A stretch of DNA of 63,879 nucleotides, filler included, from Lama guanicoe (GCA_013239625.1; 184 parts of 184 records of this genome joined end to end with filler, not necessarily neighbours in it); one strand, 5' to 3'. Counted from the first letter of the whole stretch, positions 23,173-36,900 are shown. The notes: generated from the letters alone by a model not told the origin. Made by a program: numbers and translations.

Positions 23173-23749
23173 NNNNNNNNNNNNNNNNNNNNNNNNNNNN
23201 NNNNNNNNNNNNNNNNTTAATTAATTAANNNNNNNNNNNNNNNNNNNNNNNNNNNNNNNNNNNNNNNNNNNNAGATTTGGGGAGTATCTAAAACCTTTTC
23301 TGAAGCTGTATCTTTTCTGAGTTTGTGCAAATATTTCCCAGTTAAAGAAGTTTACCCCCTTCTCTGGATCGTGCAAGCTCTTGCTCCTCCTTGGTGTCCA
23401 TCTGCAGTAAGGTGGTCTCTCTGATGGTGTCTCAGTGGCCCTCAACCTGGCCCCAAACTGCCAATCATGTCGGTGCTCTGAGTCAGGCCAGATGAGACCC
23501 ATCCCTTGGGTAGCCCTCTGNNNNNNNNNNNNNNNNNNNNNNNNNNNNNNNNNNNNNNNNNNNNTTAATTAATTAANNNNNNNNNNNNNNNNNNNNNNNN
23601 NNNNNNNNNNNNNNNNNNNNCTTGGGGGCAGCCATCTTCTGAAGTTGACTTGCACTGCCTAGATCTGCCTGTCCAACAGAAAATCAGGATCATTTAATGG
23701 AGCCTACGAATGTGCATGTGCACTACATCATTCACTTTTTAAAAAACTA

Positions 23750-23868
23750 ATAGACTATTTTTTAGGGTAGTTTTAAGTTCATAGAAAAATTAATTGTAAA
23801 GTACAGAGAGTTCCCATGTACCCTCTCCCCACCCATCGTTTCCCCTATTGGTAACATCCTGCATCACT
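23750..23868 (-). mobile_element. L1MC-type 3' end
   Basis: tagactattttttagggtagttttaagttcatagaaaaatt...gtacagagagttcccat...tttcccctatt. Confidence 0.75.
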
Positions 23869-24316
23869 NNNNNNNNNNNNNNNNNNNNNNNNNNNNNNNN
23901 NNNNNNNNNNNNTTAATTAATTAANNNNNNNNNNNNNNNNNNNNNNNNNNNNNNNNNNNNNNNNNNNNTGCGCATTTATTTCAGTTGACACAATCACCCA
24001 GGGATCCCACTGACCTATATTTTCCCCAAACCACTTCGGAGCCAAGAGCTCTCCCTGCATCATCATTTTGAGTGGAGCTTAGAATCTGCTCCTGGTTTCT
24101 TCTTTAATGAAGACATTAAAATGTCTTCAAACTGAACCTCTCTCCTGCGGTATCAAGGAGCAAGATCCAGCTTACCATCTCTTGCATCCCACTCCTTCCT
24201 CTGAGCAAGTAAATGGNNNNNNNNNNNNNNNNNNNNNNNNNNNNNNNNNNNNNNNNNNNNTTAATTAATTAANNNNNNNNNNNNNNNNNNNNNNNNNNNN
24301 NNNNNNNNNNNNNNNN

Positions 24317-24450
24317 TTTCCCCAGCTCAACAAATAAAGAAACTAAGGCCAAGAAAATTAAACAATTTGCCAAGAGTCACATAACCAACAAGTGTGGCAG
24401 CCCATACTTAACCCACACAACGGGGCTTCAGTCCCTGCTCTAGTCACTGT
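24317..24450 (-). mobile_element. MIR SINE fragment
   Basis: agaaactaaggcc...ttaaacaatttgccaagagtcacat...gtggcag is the antisense MIR core. Confidence 0.7.
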
Positions 24451-24664
24451 TCTGTTGTCACTTATTAATGCCTCAGCCTTTTTCATCTGACACTTGAAAT
24501 GTAATATTCTGATTTTTATCTGAAAATAAAAAAATAAAATTATCCACACAAGAGGAATTTAAATNNNNNNNNNNNNNNNNNNNNNNNNNNNNNNNNNNNN
24601 NNNNNNNNTTAATTAATTAANNNNNNNNNNNNNNNNNNNNNNNNNNNNNNNNNNNNNNNNNNNN

Positions 24665-24912
24665 GAGCTATTATTTGAGACATTTCTTCTTTTGTAATAT
24701 GAGCATTTAATACAAAGTTCTCTCTCAATATTTCATTACTGTCATCCTACATATGTTTACTTGCTATATTTTTATTTTCATTTGGTTAAAAATATTTTCT
24801 AATTTTCCTTCAGATTTCCTCTTTGTGTTATGGCTTATGTAAGTGTGTGATGTGTACTTTCTAAATGTCTGGTGATTTTCCTGTTACACTTTTGCTGTTG
24901 ATTTCTAGTTTA
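24665..24912 (-). mobile_element. Old L1 ORF2 fragment
   Basis: gcatttaatac...ttttattttcattt...aaaatattttctaattt...gatttcctcttt...gttgatttctagttta. Confidence 0.7.
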
Positions 24913-26752
24913 NNNNNNNNNNNNNNNNNNNNNNNNNNNNNNNNNNNNNNNNNNNNTTAATTAATTAANNNNNNNNNNNNNNNNNNNNNNNNNNNNNNNN
25001 NNNNNNNNNNNNTTTCAAGCATGCGTGCTTATTTTCTTTTATTATTTATAGTTCGACCCTCTCATCTCTTGATGTGACTTTTCATGGAATCCAGAAAACT
25101 GCCCTAAACTACCTGCCTCTTCACACTTCTCTGTGCTGGTTTTCTTCCCTGATAGAAGAGGGTTTTTTATAAGAAATTTTCTTTGTTCCCTTTTCTTGGA
25201 GTCTCTCTGTCTATCTGCCCATCTCTCACCTGTCCATCTGTCCATTTCTCTACCCACTCANNNNNNNNNNNNNNNNNNNNNNNNNNNNNNNNNNNNNNNN
25301 NNNNTTAATTAATTAANNNNNNNNNNNNNNNNNNNNNNNNNNNNNNNNNNNNNNNNNNNNAACAGATCTGCTTCACATTTTCTTTTGGCACGAGTCAGGC
25401 TATAGATCCACAAATAGAATGGATATAGATCCAGAAATAGGTCTCAGGGTTTTATTGCGCGATGTTCTTTACGCCTCAGTATTGAGTGCTCGTAGCAGGG
25501 ATTGGCACACTTTTTCTGTAAATGTCAGATAGTGAATATGTTAGGCACTGCAGGCCATGTAGAGTCTGATGCATATTCTTCCCCCTCCCTTCCACTCTCT
25601 CTCTCTCTNNNNNNNNNNNNNNNNNNNNNNNNNNNNNNNNNNNNNNNNNNNNTTAATTAATTAANNNNNNNNNNNNNNNNNNNNNNNNNNNNNNNNNNNN
25701 NNNNNNNNTACATTTTTTTCTCATTTGAAGTTCTGAAAAATTTGTGAAGTAATATTTTTTTTATCTTTCACTGACACAGACTTTGAAACTCATAGTTCAA
25801 CTGATTTGTCATAGAAAATAGAATTACTCAGTAATTACTCAGTACCACGGTCAAAGCTGAAATTGTCTTGATCACTCTTAATTAGATTACTCATTGTACA
25901 ATTTCTTTTGCTATTCATGTGAAATCTGTATTAGTTTAATATTACATTTATTTTTTNNNNNNNNNNNNNNNNNNNNNNNNNNNNNNNNNNNNNNNNNNNN
26001 TTAATTAATTAANNNNNNNNNNNNNNNNNNNNNNNNNNNNNNNNNNNNNNNNNNNNTTCTGATTATATTCACAAAACAATATTTTGATTAGCAACTTGGA
26101 ATTCCTGGTACCTTTACACTGGGAAGGAAATACTCTGGACAGGATGCACAAATACGTTATTAGCCACTGGAAAATACATTCCATGTGAGAAGGTAATCTG
26201 ACGGTGCAGGAAATCTAGCTTTATTGAGAGAGAAATGACATAGAGTATATATAAGTTTAAGATATAGGATGTGATGATTTGATATGTGTATATTGCAGAA
26301 TGATNNNNNNNNNNNNNNNNNNNNNNNNNNNNNNNNNNNNNNNNNNNNTTAATTAATTAANNNNNNNNNNNNNNNNNNNNNNNNNNNNNNNNNNNNNNNN
26401 NNNNGAAGTACAAGCTCCAACTAGGGTTTAAAGTGAAACCTGCAGGAACTTCAGACTGGCACAAGGAAACAGACACAGTAACCAGAGTAAGTGTTTTTCC
26501 TGCAAATTTTTCCCTTTGTGCTAGATGAATGAAAGTCTCTCAGCATGCTACGTTTTGAGAGTTAAGAGTGTGTGAAAGCTGTCCTTCACCTAGCTCATTG
26601 GAAACACAAAGTTTCTATTTCTTTGTGAACTCCACTACATATATATATATATNNNNNNNNNNNNNNNNNNNNNNNNNNNNNNNNNNNNNNNNNNNNTTAA
26701 TTAATTAANNNNNNNNNNNNNNNNNNNNNNNNNNNNNNNNNNNNNNNNNNNN

Positions 26753-27000
26753 AATGGAGAAAAGATAGTTTCTTCAATAAGTAGTGCTGGGCAAACGGGA
26801 AGGGGGCATATAAAGGACTGAGATTAGGCCACTGCCCCCACACCATGTACAAAAAACAAACTCAAAATGGATTAAAGTCCTAAATGTAAGAACTGAAATA
26901 ATAAAATTCCTAAAAGAAAACATATGCAGCACATACTCTGTAATAAATTTGGAGCAATAATTTTTTGGATCTGTCTCCTAAGGCAAAATAAATAAAAGCA
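26753..27000 (+). mobile_element. L1 ORF2 fragment
   Basis: aatggagaaaagatagtttcttcaataag...aactcaaaatggattaaagtcctaaatgtaaga...ttggatctgtctcctaaggcaaaa. Confidence 0.85.
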
Positions 27001-27796
27001 NNNNNNNNNNNNNNNNNNNNNNNNNNNNNNNNNNNNNNNNNNNNTTAATTAATTAANNNNNNNNNNNNNNNNNNNNNNNNNNNNNNNNNNNNNNNNNNNN
27101 CAGGGTTTCATAGTCCCCGAAGACAGGGTTTCATAGTATGCCATCTTTTTAGCAAGTTGGTGACACTGGCCAGCTCATGTCACCTCTCTGGGCCATAAAG
27201 AGCTCAACTTGTTAACCTCTAAAATCTTAATTAGTTCTAACCCTGAAGGATGAGCCTTGACATTTATTAATGTTTCCTCTCTGGCTTAATCTTTTACAGT
27301 AATGGAAATATTAGTTGTTAAGTACTGGGGGAAGAATGTATTTCCACANNNNNNNNNNNNNNNNNNNNNNNNNNNNNNNNNNNNNNNNNNNNTTAATTAA
27401 TTAANNNNNNNNNNNNNNNNNNNNNNNNNNNNNNNNNNNNNNNNNNNNTGAAAAATACTTTTATTTCACCAGAATATTCTCTGATTCTTTGTTTTCAAAC
27501 ATCCAGTGTTTTAATTCCTTTAAAAATGGTTCTGTGTTTTTAATGCCTCCTAATTTCTATCATCTCTAGGATTCCAGTGGCCTGAGCCATGCACCAGATT
27601 TGATGTAGGAACTGTTCCACCAGAAGAAATCCCTTCACCATAATATTTTTTGAGGAAAATATTATTCTTTAAGACTCTAACACTAAATCGTAGAACNNNN
27701 NNNNNNNNNNNNNNNNNNNNNNNNNNNNNNNNNNNNNNNNTTAATTAATTAANNNNNNNNNNNNNNNNNNNNNNNNNNNNNNNNNNNNNNNNNNNN

Positions 27797-28044
27797 TGCC
27801 TATCTCCCTGTCTATGTACCTCCGTGAGTGCAGCCTAGAGTTTCTGTCAGTGTGTGAGCTTGTCTCGCTGTCTATCTACCTGGGGAGTTCAACGTAGAGT
27901 GTCTCTGTGTGCATATCTACCTCGGGTAGTGCAGTCCCGAGTGTCTGTGCGTGCCTATCTAACTGGGGCATGCAGCCTAGAATGTTTGTGTGTGCCTATC
28001 TACCTCGGGGAGTGCAACCTAGAGTGTCTGAGTGTTCCTATCTA
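27797..28044. repeat. Diverged satellite/minisatellite with 41-42-bp monomer
   Basis: tatct anchors at 27873, 27914, 27956, 27997 and 28039. Consensus is about ggggagtgcagcctagagtgtctgtgtgtgcctatctacctc. Confidence 0.85.
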
Positions 28045-28950
28045 NNNNNNNNNNNNNNNNNNNNNNNNNNNNNNNNNNNNNNNNNNNNTTAATTAATTAA
28101 NNNNNNNNNNNNNNNNNNNNNNNNNNNNNNNNNNNNNNNNNNNNTTAGGGAAAGCAGCATGAAGAATGAGTCCAGGGGTCACCTTCCCTCCCCACTCGAC
28201 ATCCCTCCCTTGTCACTGACCTGTGTCCCAGGCTGCAGGAGACGGTCTTCTGTGCGCTCCCCACGATCTTCTGGTCCCCTCTCTGCGACAGGATGCAGTC
28301 CTCCCTGGCCTCAGCTCCACCACGGCTCAGCTGAGAACTCGTTAACCTCCTACACCGCCACAGAGCCCCATCCAAGACACGTGCAGTCCCCGNNNNNNNN
28401 NNNNNNNNNNNNNNNNNNNNNNNNNNNNNNNNNNNNTTAATTAATTAANNNNNNNNNNNNNNNNNNNNNNNNNNNNNNNNNNNNNNNNNNNNCGGAATTT
28501 ACTCATTATTTATGACTGCAGTTAGTATTCCCATTTAGCCTTTCCTAATAGATGCCTTTAAATTTAATATTCCCTGTAGCATTTGTATACACACATGTGT
28601 ACATGTTTGTACAAAAATCTGTTACAGTAGTTCTGATAATTAAATATTTTACTTAGATGTGGCTGAAAATTTCATTCTTAAATTTTAAAATAAATTTTAC
28701 CCCCTGCCCTAGAAGCAGCCATATTTCTGAAACATTTTAANNNNNNNNNNNNNNNNNNNNNNNNNNNNNNNNNNNNNNNNNNNNTTAATTAATTAANNNN
28801 NNNNNNNNNNNNNNNNNNNNNNNNNNNNNNNNNNNNNNNNTGCGGCACCTCCCCTCCTCTCACCTGGAGGACACTGCCAGGGCTCCCTGAGAGAAGCCAC
28901 AGTGTGGCTGCCCCACGAGTCCTGGCTTTGCCCGTCATCTGTCCTGGCAG

Positions 28951-29061
28951 CGGCTCTGGCCCCCGTCGCTGGGTCCCCACCGCTGCCCAGACCTGGCTGC
29001 TCAGTCATGCAGAAGCCCTGCAGGAGGTCCTGGAAGAACCAGGGCTGCATCAGCCTCTCAG
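28951..29061 (+). CDS. Candidate 111-nt phase-symmetric exon, gene unidentified
   Basis: gtcatctgtcctggcAG | GSGPRRWVPTAAQTWLLSHAEALQEVLEEPGLHQPL(R) | CAG-GTATGG. No homology recognised. Confidence 0.25.
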
Positions 29062-30580
29062 GTATGGAAGTCCTTCTTGGCTCAGGCANNNNNNNNNNNN
29101 NNNNNNNNNNNNNNNNNNNNNNNNNNNNNNNNTTAATTAATTAANNNNNNNNNNNNNNNNNNNNNNNNNNNNNNNNNNNNNNNNNNNNCAAGACTTTAAT
29201 GCAGCCTTTGACCCCTCAAATCCACCTCTTGGAATCTAGTTGGCAGACCCACTGCCACAAATCACAAAAATGCGTATGCACAAGGATGTTCAGTGTAGCC
29301 CATTCAGAGAGCAGTGATCAAATACATTGTGATAATCTGTGCAATGGAGAGATATGAAGTCACTTTAAAAAATAACAATACACACACACATCTTTTAAAA
29401 AGAGGGGCAGCTTAATAACATGTAGAATATTATCTTNNNNNNNNNNNNNNNNNNNNNNNNNNNNNNNNNNNNNNNNNNNNTTAATTAATTAANNNNNNNN
29501 NNNNNNNNNNNNNNNNNNNNNNNNNNNNNNNNNNNNTCTGAGAGAGGGAGGGGCCAGTCATGCAAATGATCCCCCGGCTCTCTGATCCCTCCCTGGGCCC
29601 GCGGTCCTCTTCCTCTGCCTGAGGGCCAGGGCATGGGCTCTGACTGGGCTGTGAGGGGCCCGGGGGTGTGGGGTTCCCAGCTGGGAGACCTGGGCAGAGG
29701 ACACCAGGCAGATCCAGGTGGTCGTCCCAGCTTCCATCGTCTAACGATGTGTATCTGACACCTGAGCCCGGGACATAGCAGGTGNNNNNNNNNNNNNNNN
29801 NNNNNNNNNNNNNNNNNNNNNNNNNNNNTTAATTAATTAANNNNNNNNNNNNNNNNNNNNNNNNNNNNNNNNNNNNNNNNNNNNTGCCATATATCAGCCA
29901 AGGTCACAGCTGGCAGGAAGTAGAAAGCACGGGAGTCTAGTTAATTTGGGGGAATTACCATTTGCTGAACGGTCACAGCAGAGAGCGAAAGGACACTGTA
30001 GAGAACGCGCTGGCACTGGAGTGAGGGCTTCGGTATTGGAATATGGGCGGCTCCTGAGGGGAGATGCTGCCGGAGGGGCTGGGGGTACGTTACTTGATGG
30101 TGCTCTCCCTCCTCTGTCTGGTAACGCACAGGNNNNNNNNNNNNNNNNNNNNNNNNNNNNNNNNNNNNNNNNNNNNTTAATTAATTAANNNNNNNNNNNN
30201 NNNNNNNNNNNNNNNNNNNNNNNNNNNNNNNNTATAATGACACATCACCCTTGAATACAGGGATGACAAGCAGCACTTTGTAAGTGGAAACTGAACAAGG
30301 ACTCATAGGCTGCTGTAGGCAGACCTGTTCATGCAGGCCGGCCTCAGTGGTGTCCTGTGCTATCACAACTGGTCAAGGCAGAGAAGATGCTGTCTAGTGG
30401 ACAGTAAGTCAGTGTTACCAAGACCAGCCTAAGAGATACAGCTTAGAAACCAGCCAGAAGAGAAGACTCAGTCAGAACTGNNNNNNNNNNNNNNNNNNNN
30501 NNNNNNNNNNNNNNNNNNNNNNNNTTAATTAATTAANNNNNNNNNNNNNNNNNNNNNNNNNNNNNNNNNNNNNNNNNNNN

Positions 30581-30828
30581 TGTGCCGGCCGTGCACCCCC
30601 GCGCAGCTTCACACCCGACCTATGCGTTCGCAGCCGCGGCCTTGGCCTAGGACCCTAGACCCTGATTCCAGCGCAGACCCCGACCCCCGCCGAGCCGCCC
30701 CGACTTCTGCGCTCCAGGAGTCTGGGGCAGGGCCTGGCCGCTCTTGCTGGGGCTTTGTTCCCGCAGCTTCCAGGTCGGGCCTCGCTCAGCGCGGGGAGTC
30801 GGGGAGGGGCTCAGGGCGTGGGGGCCGC
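30581..30828. promoter_or_regulatory. CpG-island-like fragment
   Basis: High GC with abundant CpG; no recognised repeat. Confidence 0.45.
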
Positions 30829-33016
30829 NNNNNNNNNNNNNNNNNNNNNNNNNNNNNNNNNNNNNNNNNNNNTTAATTAATTAANNNNNNNNNNNNNNNN
30901 NNNNNNNNNNNNNNNNNNNNNNNNNNNNTCTCTGCGCCCTTCCTGTCTCTTCTCCTTTTGGGACAACAATTATTCTTATATTTGCTGTTCTGATAGTTTC
31001 CTATAGGTCTTGTAGGGTTTCTTCACATTTTAAGAATCTTAATTCTCTCTCCTAACTGATGCATTTCTAATTTCTATCCTCCAAGTCACTTACTCTTTTT
31101 TTGATCTGATCCGCTTTGCTTCTGATACTATTACATTCTTTATCTCATTAACTGAATTCTTCTGCTCTAAAATTTTNNNNNNNNNNNNNNNNNNNNNNNN
31201 NNNNNNNNNNNNNNNNNNNNTTAATTAATTAANNNNNNNNNNNNNNNNNNNNNNNNNNNNNNNNNNNNNNNNNNNNGAAGTTCAAAGATACATTAGGTCA
31301 GCATCGAACAGCACACTGCCCGAGGTGTCCAGAGTCTCTGTGTTTGTATCTTCTTTGGTAGAGAAGTTTTACTTTAAAAAACAAAACAAGACAAACAAAA
31401 AAACCTTGCAAACCATTGACCTAGCTAATTGGACAAATTCAGTTTTGCATAGTTTCCTTATAATGCTGGCTAAATGAGACATTACTGTAAAGTCCTTTAT
31501 CTTTTAATTTTAATATGTGAAGTGNNNNNNNNNNNNNNNNNNNNNNNNNNNNNNNNNNNNNNNNNNNNTTAATTAATTAANNNNNNNNNNNNNNNNNNNN
31601 NNNNNNNNNNNNNNNNNNNNNNNNTTTTTTCAGCTTTATTATGATATAATTAATATATAACATTATTTATATAGTTGCAGAGAACAAGAAGTAGATTCTC
31701 TGTTTTCATAAATAAATGTCAACTTTGAGACGCAGAACATTTCTGTTGTATCACTTCTTCACAACTGTAAGAATTAACAGAAATGATAATTCCTCCTCAC
31801 TGCATTTCCTTTCATGGAAAATAATAGATTTTATAATTCAAAAGACTAAGGTGTTTATTTTATTTATTTTTTNNNNNNNNNNNNNNNNNNNNNNNNNNNN
31901 NNNNNNNNNNNNNNNNTTAATTAATTAANNNNNNNNNNNNNNNNNNNNNNNNNNNNNNNNNNNNNNNNNNNNAAGATTACTAAGAGGAAATAAGAAAAAT
32001 CATGTTTGCTCTCCAAGTTCTTCCAGTGCTTTGAGACACTGGTTTACACTTTATGCCGATGTGCTTTTCTCTAATATCAGTGCTCAAGACACAGTGAAGC
32101 AAATTAAAAAAAAAAAATCCCTGAATGCTGATTAGAGATATCACCACTAAAAAACTCCATTTATAAGCTAGGATTTGTTATATGCAAATATTTTCTGCCT
32201 CTTCTTTTGTTCTGTTTAAANNNNNNNNNNNNNNNNNNNNNNNNNNNNNNNNNNNNNNNNNNNNTTAATTAATTAANNNNNNNNNNNNNNNNNNNNNNNN
32301 NNNNNNNNNNNNNNNNNNNNCTGCTAACATCCCATTGGCCAGCACAAGTCACACCTCCAAGTCCAAAGTTAAGGGGCAAAGAAGTGTGCAATCCATTCAC
32401 TGAGAAGCCATGGCGAGGGTATCTGCTGCTCTTCCCCCTCCTCCTGCTGCTGGGAGAGAGAACTGGGACCATGGATGAGCTGTATCAGGGTCCCCAGAGT
32501 CCGCTGATGATAACATTCGGGTAAAACTTGTAGGACCTCTCTTTAATGGAGGTATCTAGGCACTAGTGNNNNNNNNNNNNNNNNNNNNNNNNNNNNNNNN
32601 NNNNNNNNNNNNTTAATTAATTAANNNNNNNNNNNNNNNNNNNNNNNNNNNNNNNNNNNNNNNNNNNNTTGGAGCTTGTTCCTCCCCATTTATATCTATG
32701 TAGTGGAGTTTGCAACTGAAGAGAAACTATGTGTTCCCAACATGCTAGGTGTAGGACGGATTTGACACTCGCTTAACTCTCAAAACTGAGCATGTTGAGA
32801 GAGGTTCGTTTTTCTAGCAGAAAGGGAACAGGTTTAAGAAGAAACACTAATTCTGGTTTCTCATTCTGTTTCCTAGTTCCAGTTTGAAGTTCCTGCAATT
32901 TTCACTGTAAAACCGANNNNNNNNNNNNNNNNNNNNNNNNNNNNNNNNNNNNNNNNNNNNTTAATTAATTAANNNNNNNNNNNNNNNNNNNNNNNNNNNN
33001 NNNNNNNNNNNNNNNN

Positions 33017-33264
33017 GCCTCGGAGCTGGTGAGAGCCAATTAGCCGGCCAGGACCTGACTCGGCTGCACTCTGTGACAGGGCCGCCCAAGAGGTGCCCTG
33101 GGCCCCCAAGGCTGTGCGCTGGCGGGGCCCCCCCGGCTCCGCTGCCGGCCCTTCCCCCAGCCCGCCCTGCTGTGCCCCCCGCTCCCGTCCCAGCCTCCTA
33201 GCCCTGCCAGGAGACGGCAGGACGGAGCCCCGTGCCAAATCCCACTCCTGTGAGCGGCAGGTGC
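33017..33264. promoter_or_regulatory. CpG-island-like fragment with CCAAT and GC-box motifs
   Basis: gagccaatta near 33033 and ggcgggg at 33121; high GC and CpG. Confidence 0.4.
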
Positions 33265-33430
33265 NNNNNNNNNNNNNNNNNNNNNNNNNNNNNNNNNNNN
33301 NNNNNNNNTTAATTAATTAANNNNNNNNNNNNNNNNNNNNNNNNNNNNNNNNNNNNNNNNNNNNCTCCGTGACTTTGGGATGGTGCTTCTCTCAGCTTAG
33401 GATGCTCTTCTTGTCACTGTCAACATCTTC

Positions 33431-33612
33431 CAGTGTGGAGTGGAGAGAGGATGCCTTTGAACTCAGGCAGATATGGGTTCTAAAATGTCCTTCACCACTT
33501 AAGAGTTGCATGACTCTTGGCAAGTTACTCAATAGCTCTGAACCTCAGTTCTTCATCTGATATGGATTATAATCCCTTGCTCACTGGGCTGTTGTACAAC
33601 TGAAATACATGT
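33431..33612 (+). mobile_element. MIR SINE
   Basis: gctttgaactcaggcagatatgggttc...ccactta...tgactcttggcaagttactcaa...ctctgaacctcagtt...catctg. Confidence 0.8.
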
Positions 33613-33712
33613 NNNNNNNNNNNNNNNNNNNNNNNNNNNNNNNNNNNNNNNNNNNNTTAATTAATTAANNNNNNNNNNNNNNNNNNNNNNNNNNNNNNNN
33701 NNNNNNNNNNNN

Positions 33713-33960
33713 GATATTGCATTTTTTATAAAGTGGAGGTTGGTGGCAACCCTGCAAAAGGTAAACCCCTAGTGGCACCATTTCTCCATCAGCATTTGCT
33801 CATTTTGTGTCCCTGTGTCCGTTTGGTAATTCTTGCAATATTTTGAACGTTTTCATTGTTACTAGATGTGTTAGGGTGGTCTGTGAGCAGCGATCTTTGA
33901 TCTGTGACTTGATGAAGGTTCAGCTGATGATTAGCATTTTTTAGCAATAAAATATTTTTT
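33713..33960 (+). mobile_element. Tigger1 internal-deletion derivative
   Basis: gtggcaaccctgc...ggcaccattt...cagcatttgctca...ggtaattcttgcaatattt...gatgattagcattttttagcaataaa. Same family as 13262-13433, opposite strand. Confidence 0.75.
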
Positions 33961-36900
33961 NNNNNNNNNNNNNNNNNNNNNNNNNNNNNNNNNNNNNNNN
34001 NNNNTTAATTAATTAANNNNNNNNNNNNNNNNNNNNNNNNNNNNNNNNNNNNNNNNNNNNTGGGTGGGTATCTCTTCTGGAGCACTTCCAGGCTCACCCC
34101 TCTGGCCTCAGGGTCAGCCCGGCCCCAGGAGAGTGGATGGAAGCGAGACCAAAGGGTCACAGTGGATGTTGGACTATAGCCCGGGGCAGATGGACAGCTG
34201 GTGCGGGCAGGATGCATGGTGCCAATCAGGAGAGTGGGGAAGGGCTGGCGGCACCATGCCAATCTCTGGGGCCTCATCCTTATGCCAATTAATGAATCAA
34301 AACAGATTNNNNNNNNNNNNNNNNNNNNNNNNNNNNNNNNNNNNNNNNNNNNTTAATTAATTAANNNNNNNNNNNNNNNNNNNNNNNNNNNNNNNNNNNN
34401 NNNNNNNNTGCGCACTAGCGGCCTCACCTACCCAAGCCTTTACAGGAAACGAGGGCCGTGGAGGCTTCCAGAGATCAAAATTATAAAAAGAAAACCTGGC
34501 AGGCAAAACCATACCTCTACGCTGAAAACAAAACCAAACAGACGAAGAAAAACCTCCTTTGCAGTCTATGAAATCAGAGGAAAAAATTACGGAGATTGTC
34601 CTTTTGCCTCAAGTGATGGACAGACCCATAGAGCAATGCTCAATCAGTCATACAAANNNNNNNNNNNNNNNNNNNNNNNNNNNNNNNNNNNNNNNNNNNN
34701 TTAATTAATTAANNNNNNNNNNNNNNNNNNNNNNNNNNNNNNNNNNNNNNNNNNNNTACTCAGTCCACTTTTCAGCATATGCTGAAAATAGAAACTTGGG
34801 TGAAGATTTTCATCATAATGTCAGCTTTATAGTTGAGAAAAAGGAAACCACTGATACATTCATGCAGGCAGCCCTCACTCCCTGTGATCTCCTATAAATG
34901 AAACTGGCGGAACCTGGAAATGTGTCTTTGCTTTGCATGGAACTCTGTGACCACAGCATATTCAAAGTGAGGCCTGCCTACATTTAATACACAATTAAGC
35001 ACAGNNNNNNNNNNNNNNNNNNNNNNNNNNNNNNNNNNNNNNNNNNNNTTAATTAATTAANNNNNNNNNNNNNNNNNNNNNNNNNNNNNNNNNNNNNNNN
35101 NNNNGGACCTCGGAACAACCTGTGTGCGCAGCTCGCCCCCCAGTGGCCGATCCCGGAATTGCCCGGGCGCCCAGCATCGCATCCCGAAAAGGGGAGGGAT
35201 TTTCCCAGCAGCCCGCGAGACGGGGCCTTGATCCTCCAGGCGAGGAAAGGCTGAGTACGGATTTCAGCAGAGGGTGAACCTATCTTTGTTGAGGTATAGT
35301 TGCTGTCCAACAGTATATACGTTTCAGACGTACAACACAGTGGTTCACAACTNNNNNNNNNNNNNNNNNNNNNNNNNNNNNNNNNNNNNNNNNNNNTTAA
35401 TTAATTAANNNNNNNNNNNNNNNNNNNNNNNNNNNNNNNNNNNNNNNNNNNNAAAAAATAAACAAATAAATAAACCAAGTAGTCAATTCCTGGGAGTTTT
35501 GATTTAAAGCAGTGGCTCCTAACCAAATCCTTCTGAAGCAAGGCAAAATATCTTAAATCTCACCCTACTCCACCCATTCCCAATTGCCAGTAGGAAAGAA
35601 CTCTGTGATAAAGAATTAAAAGGAAACAAACCCATGATTTTGCATCTAAAAGAATGCTCTAAGTACCTTAAAAGTAGCCCACAAGATTTGTAATTTGCTA
35701 NNNNNNNNNNNNNNNNNNNNNNNNNNNNNNNNNNNNNNNNNNNNTTAATTAATTAANNNNNNNNNNNNNNNNNNNNNNNNNNNNNNNNNNNNNNNNNNNN
35801 TTTTTTTCTGTTTGTTTGCTTTGTTTCTTTTATAATGTATCTCATCCTCAAATACCTGCTGACCTTGTGCTGGCCTTTATATTTAAAAATAAAACACCAA
35901 AAATATCACTGGAATCTGTGCATGGCCATAGGGAAGGAAGCGCTTGTCAAGTTGACTTTATTTCTCAGATAGGATTCTGTCTCTCGAGATACTGCTATCT
36001 AGATAGAGATACAGAAGGTAAAGATATAGGGGAGTGTATGTACTTATANNNNNNNNNNNNNNNNNNNNNNNNNNNNNNNNNNNNNNNNNNNNTTAATTAA
36101 TTAANNNNNNNNNNNNNNNNNNNNNNNNNNNNNNNNNNNNNNNNNNNNGTGTGTATAAGACATTGTTTTGAGGAGGCATGCCTGGGTTTCACCAGGTCGC
36201 TGAAGGGGTCCAGGACTCGTAAAAGGATGAGAAAACTGATTGAGAGGCAGGCTGGGACTTGACTGGGAGGAACATGGTTAGCCACGGGCCAATTGAAGCA
36301 GGGAGGACACAGATGGGCTGCTTTTTGCTCAGTCACATCAGAGAGTTGTGAACCACACAGTGAGAAATAAGTTCACATTTTCATTCATAAATTGAANNNN
36401 NNNNNNNNNNNNNNNNNNNNNNNNNNNNNNNNNNNNNNNNTTAATTAATTAANNNNNNNNNNNNNNNNNNNNNNNNNNNNNNNNNNNNNNNNNNNNGAAA
36501 CTTAAAAGCACCAGTGTTCATTTAGAACATCAGAGGACAGTCAGTTTAAGTTCCCCCAAACTAATTTATTGGGATACAGAATCCTTTTCTTCCCTCTGAT
36601 CTTCTTTCAGGCCCAAGATGTCTCAGAATCCACACTAGGAAACGCCCCTCTTGGGCTCGATTGCTCAACTTGATATGTGTGTGTGTCTCTCTCTGTCTCT
36701 GTCTCTGTCTCTGTCTCCCCTCCGCCCCTCCCCTGAGCCCCCCGNNNNNNNNNNNNNNNNNNNNNNNNNNNNNNNNNNNNNNNNNNNNTTAATTAATTAA
36801 NNNNNNNNNNNNNNNNNNNNNNNNNNNNNNNNNNNNNNNNNNNNAAGAATAGAGTGGAACTCATGCTCATACCCCACCACCCCCAACACACACACCATGA

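Noticed and set aside
26405..26492. Open frame ending at a GTAAGT donor (KYKLQLGFKVKPAGTSDWHKETDTVTR)
   Set aside because: No convincing acceptor within the contig and no recognised homology; cannot be supported.
27101..27137. Short direct repeat cagggtttcatagt x2 (similar 11-14-bp duplications near 25822, 36890 and 51280)
   Set aside because: Ordinary slippage or repair micro-duplications.
31973..32220. Sequence resembling a conserved mRNA 3' UTR
   Set aside because: Impression only; I cannot name the gene and no poly(A) signal lies within the contig.
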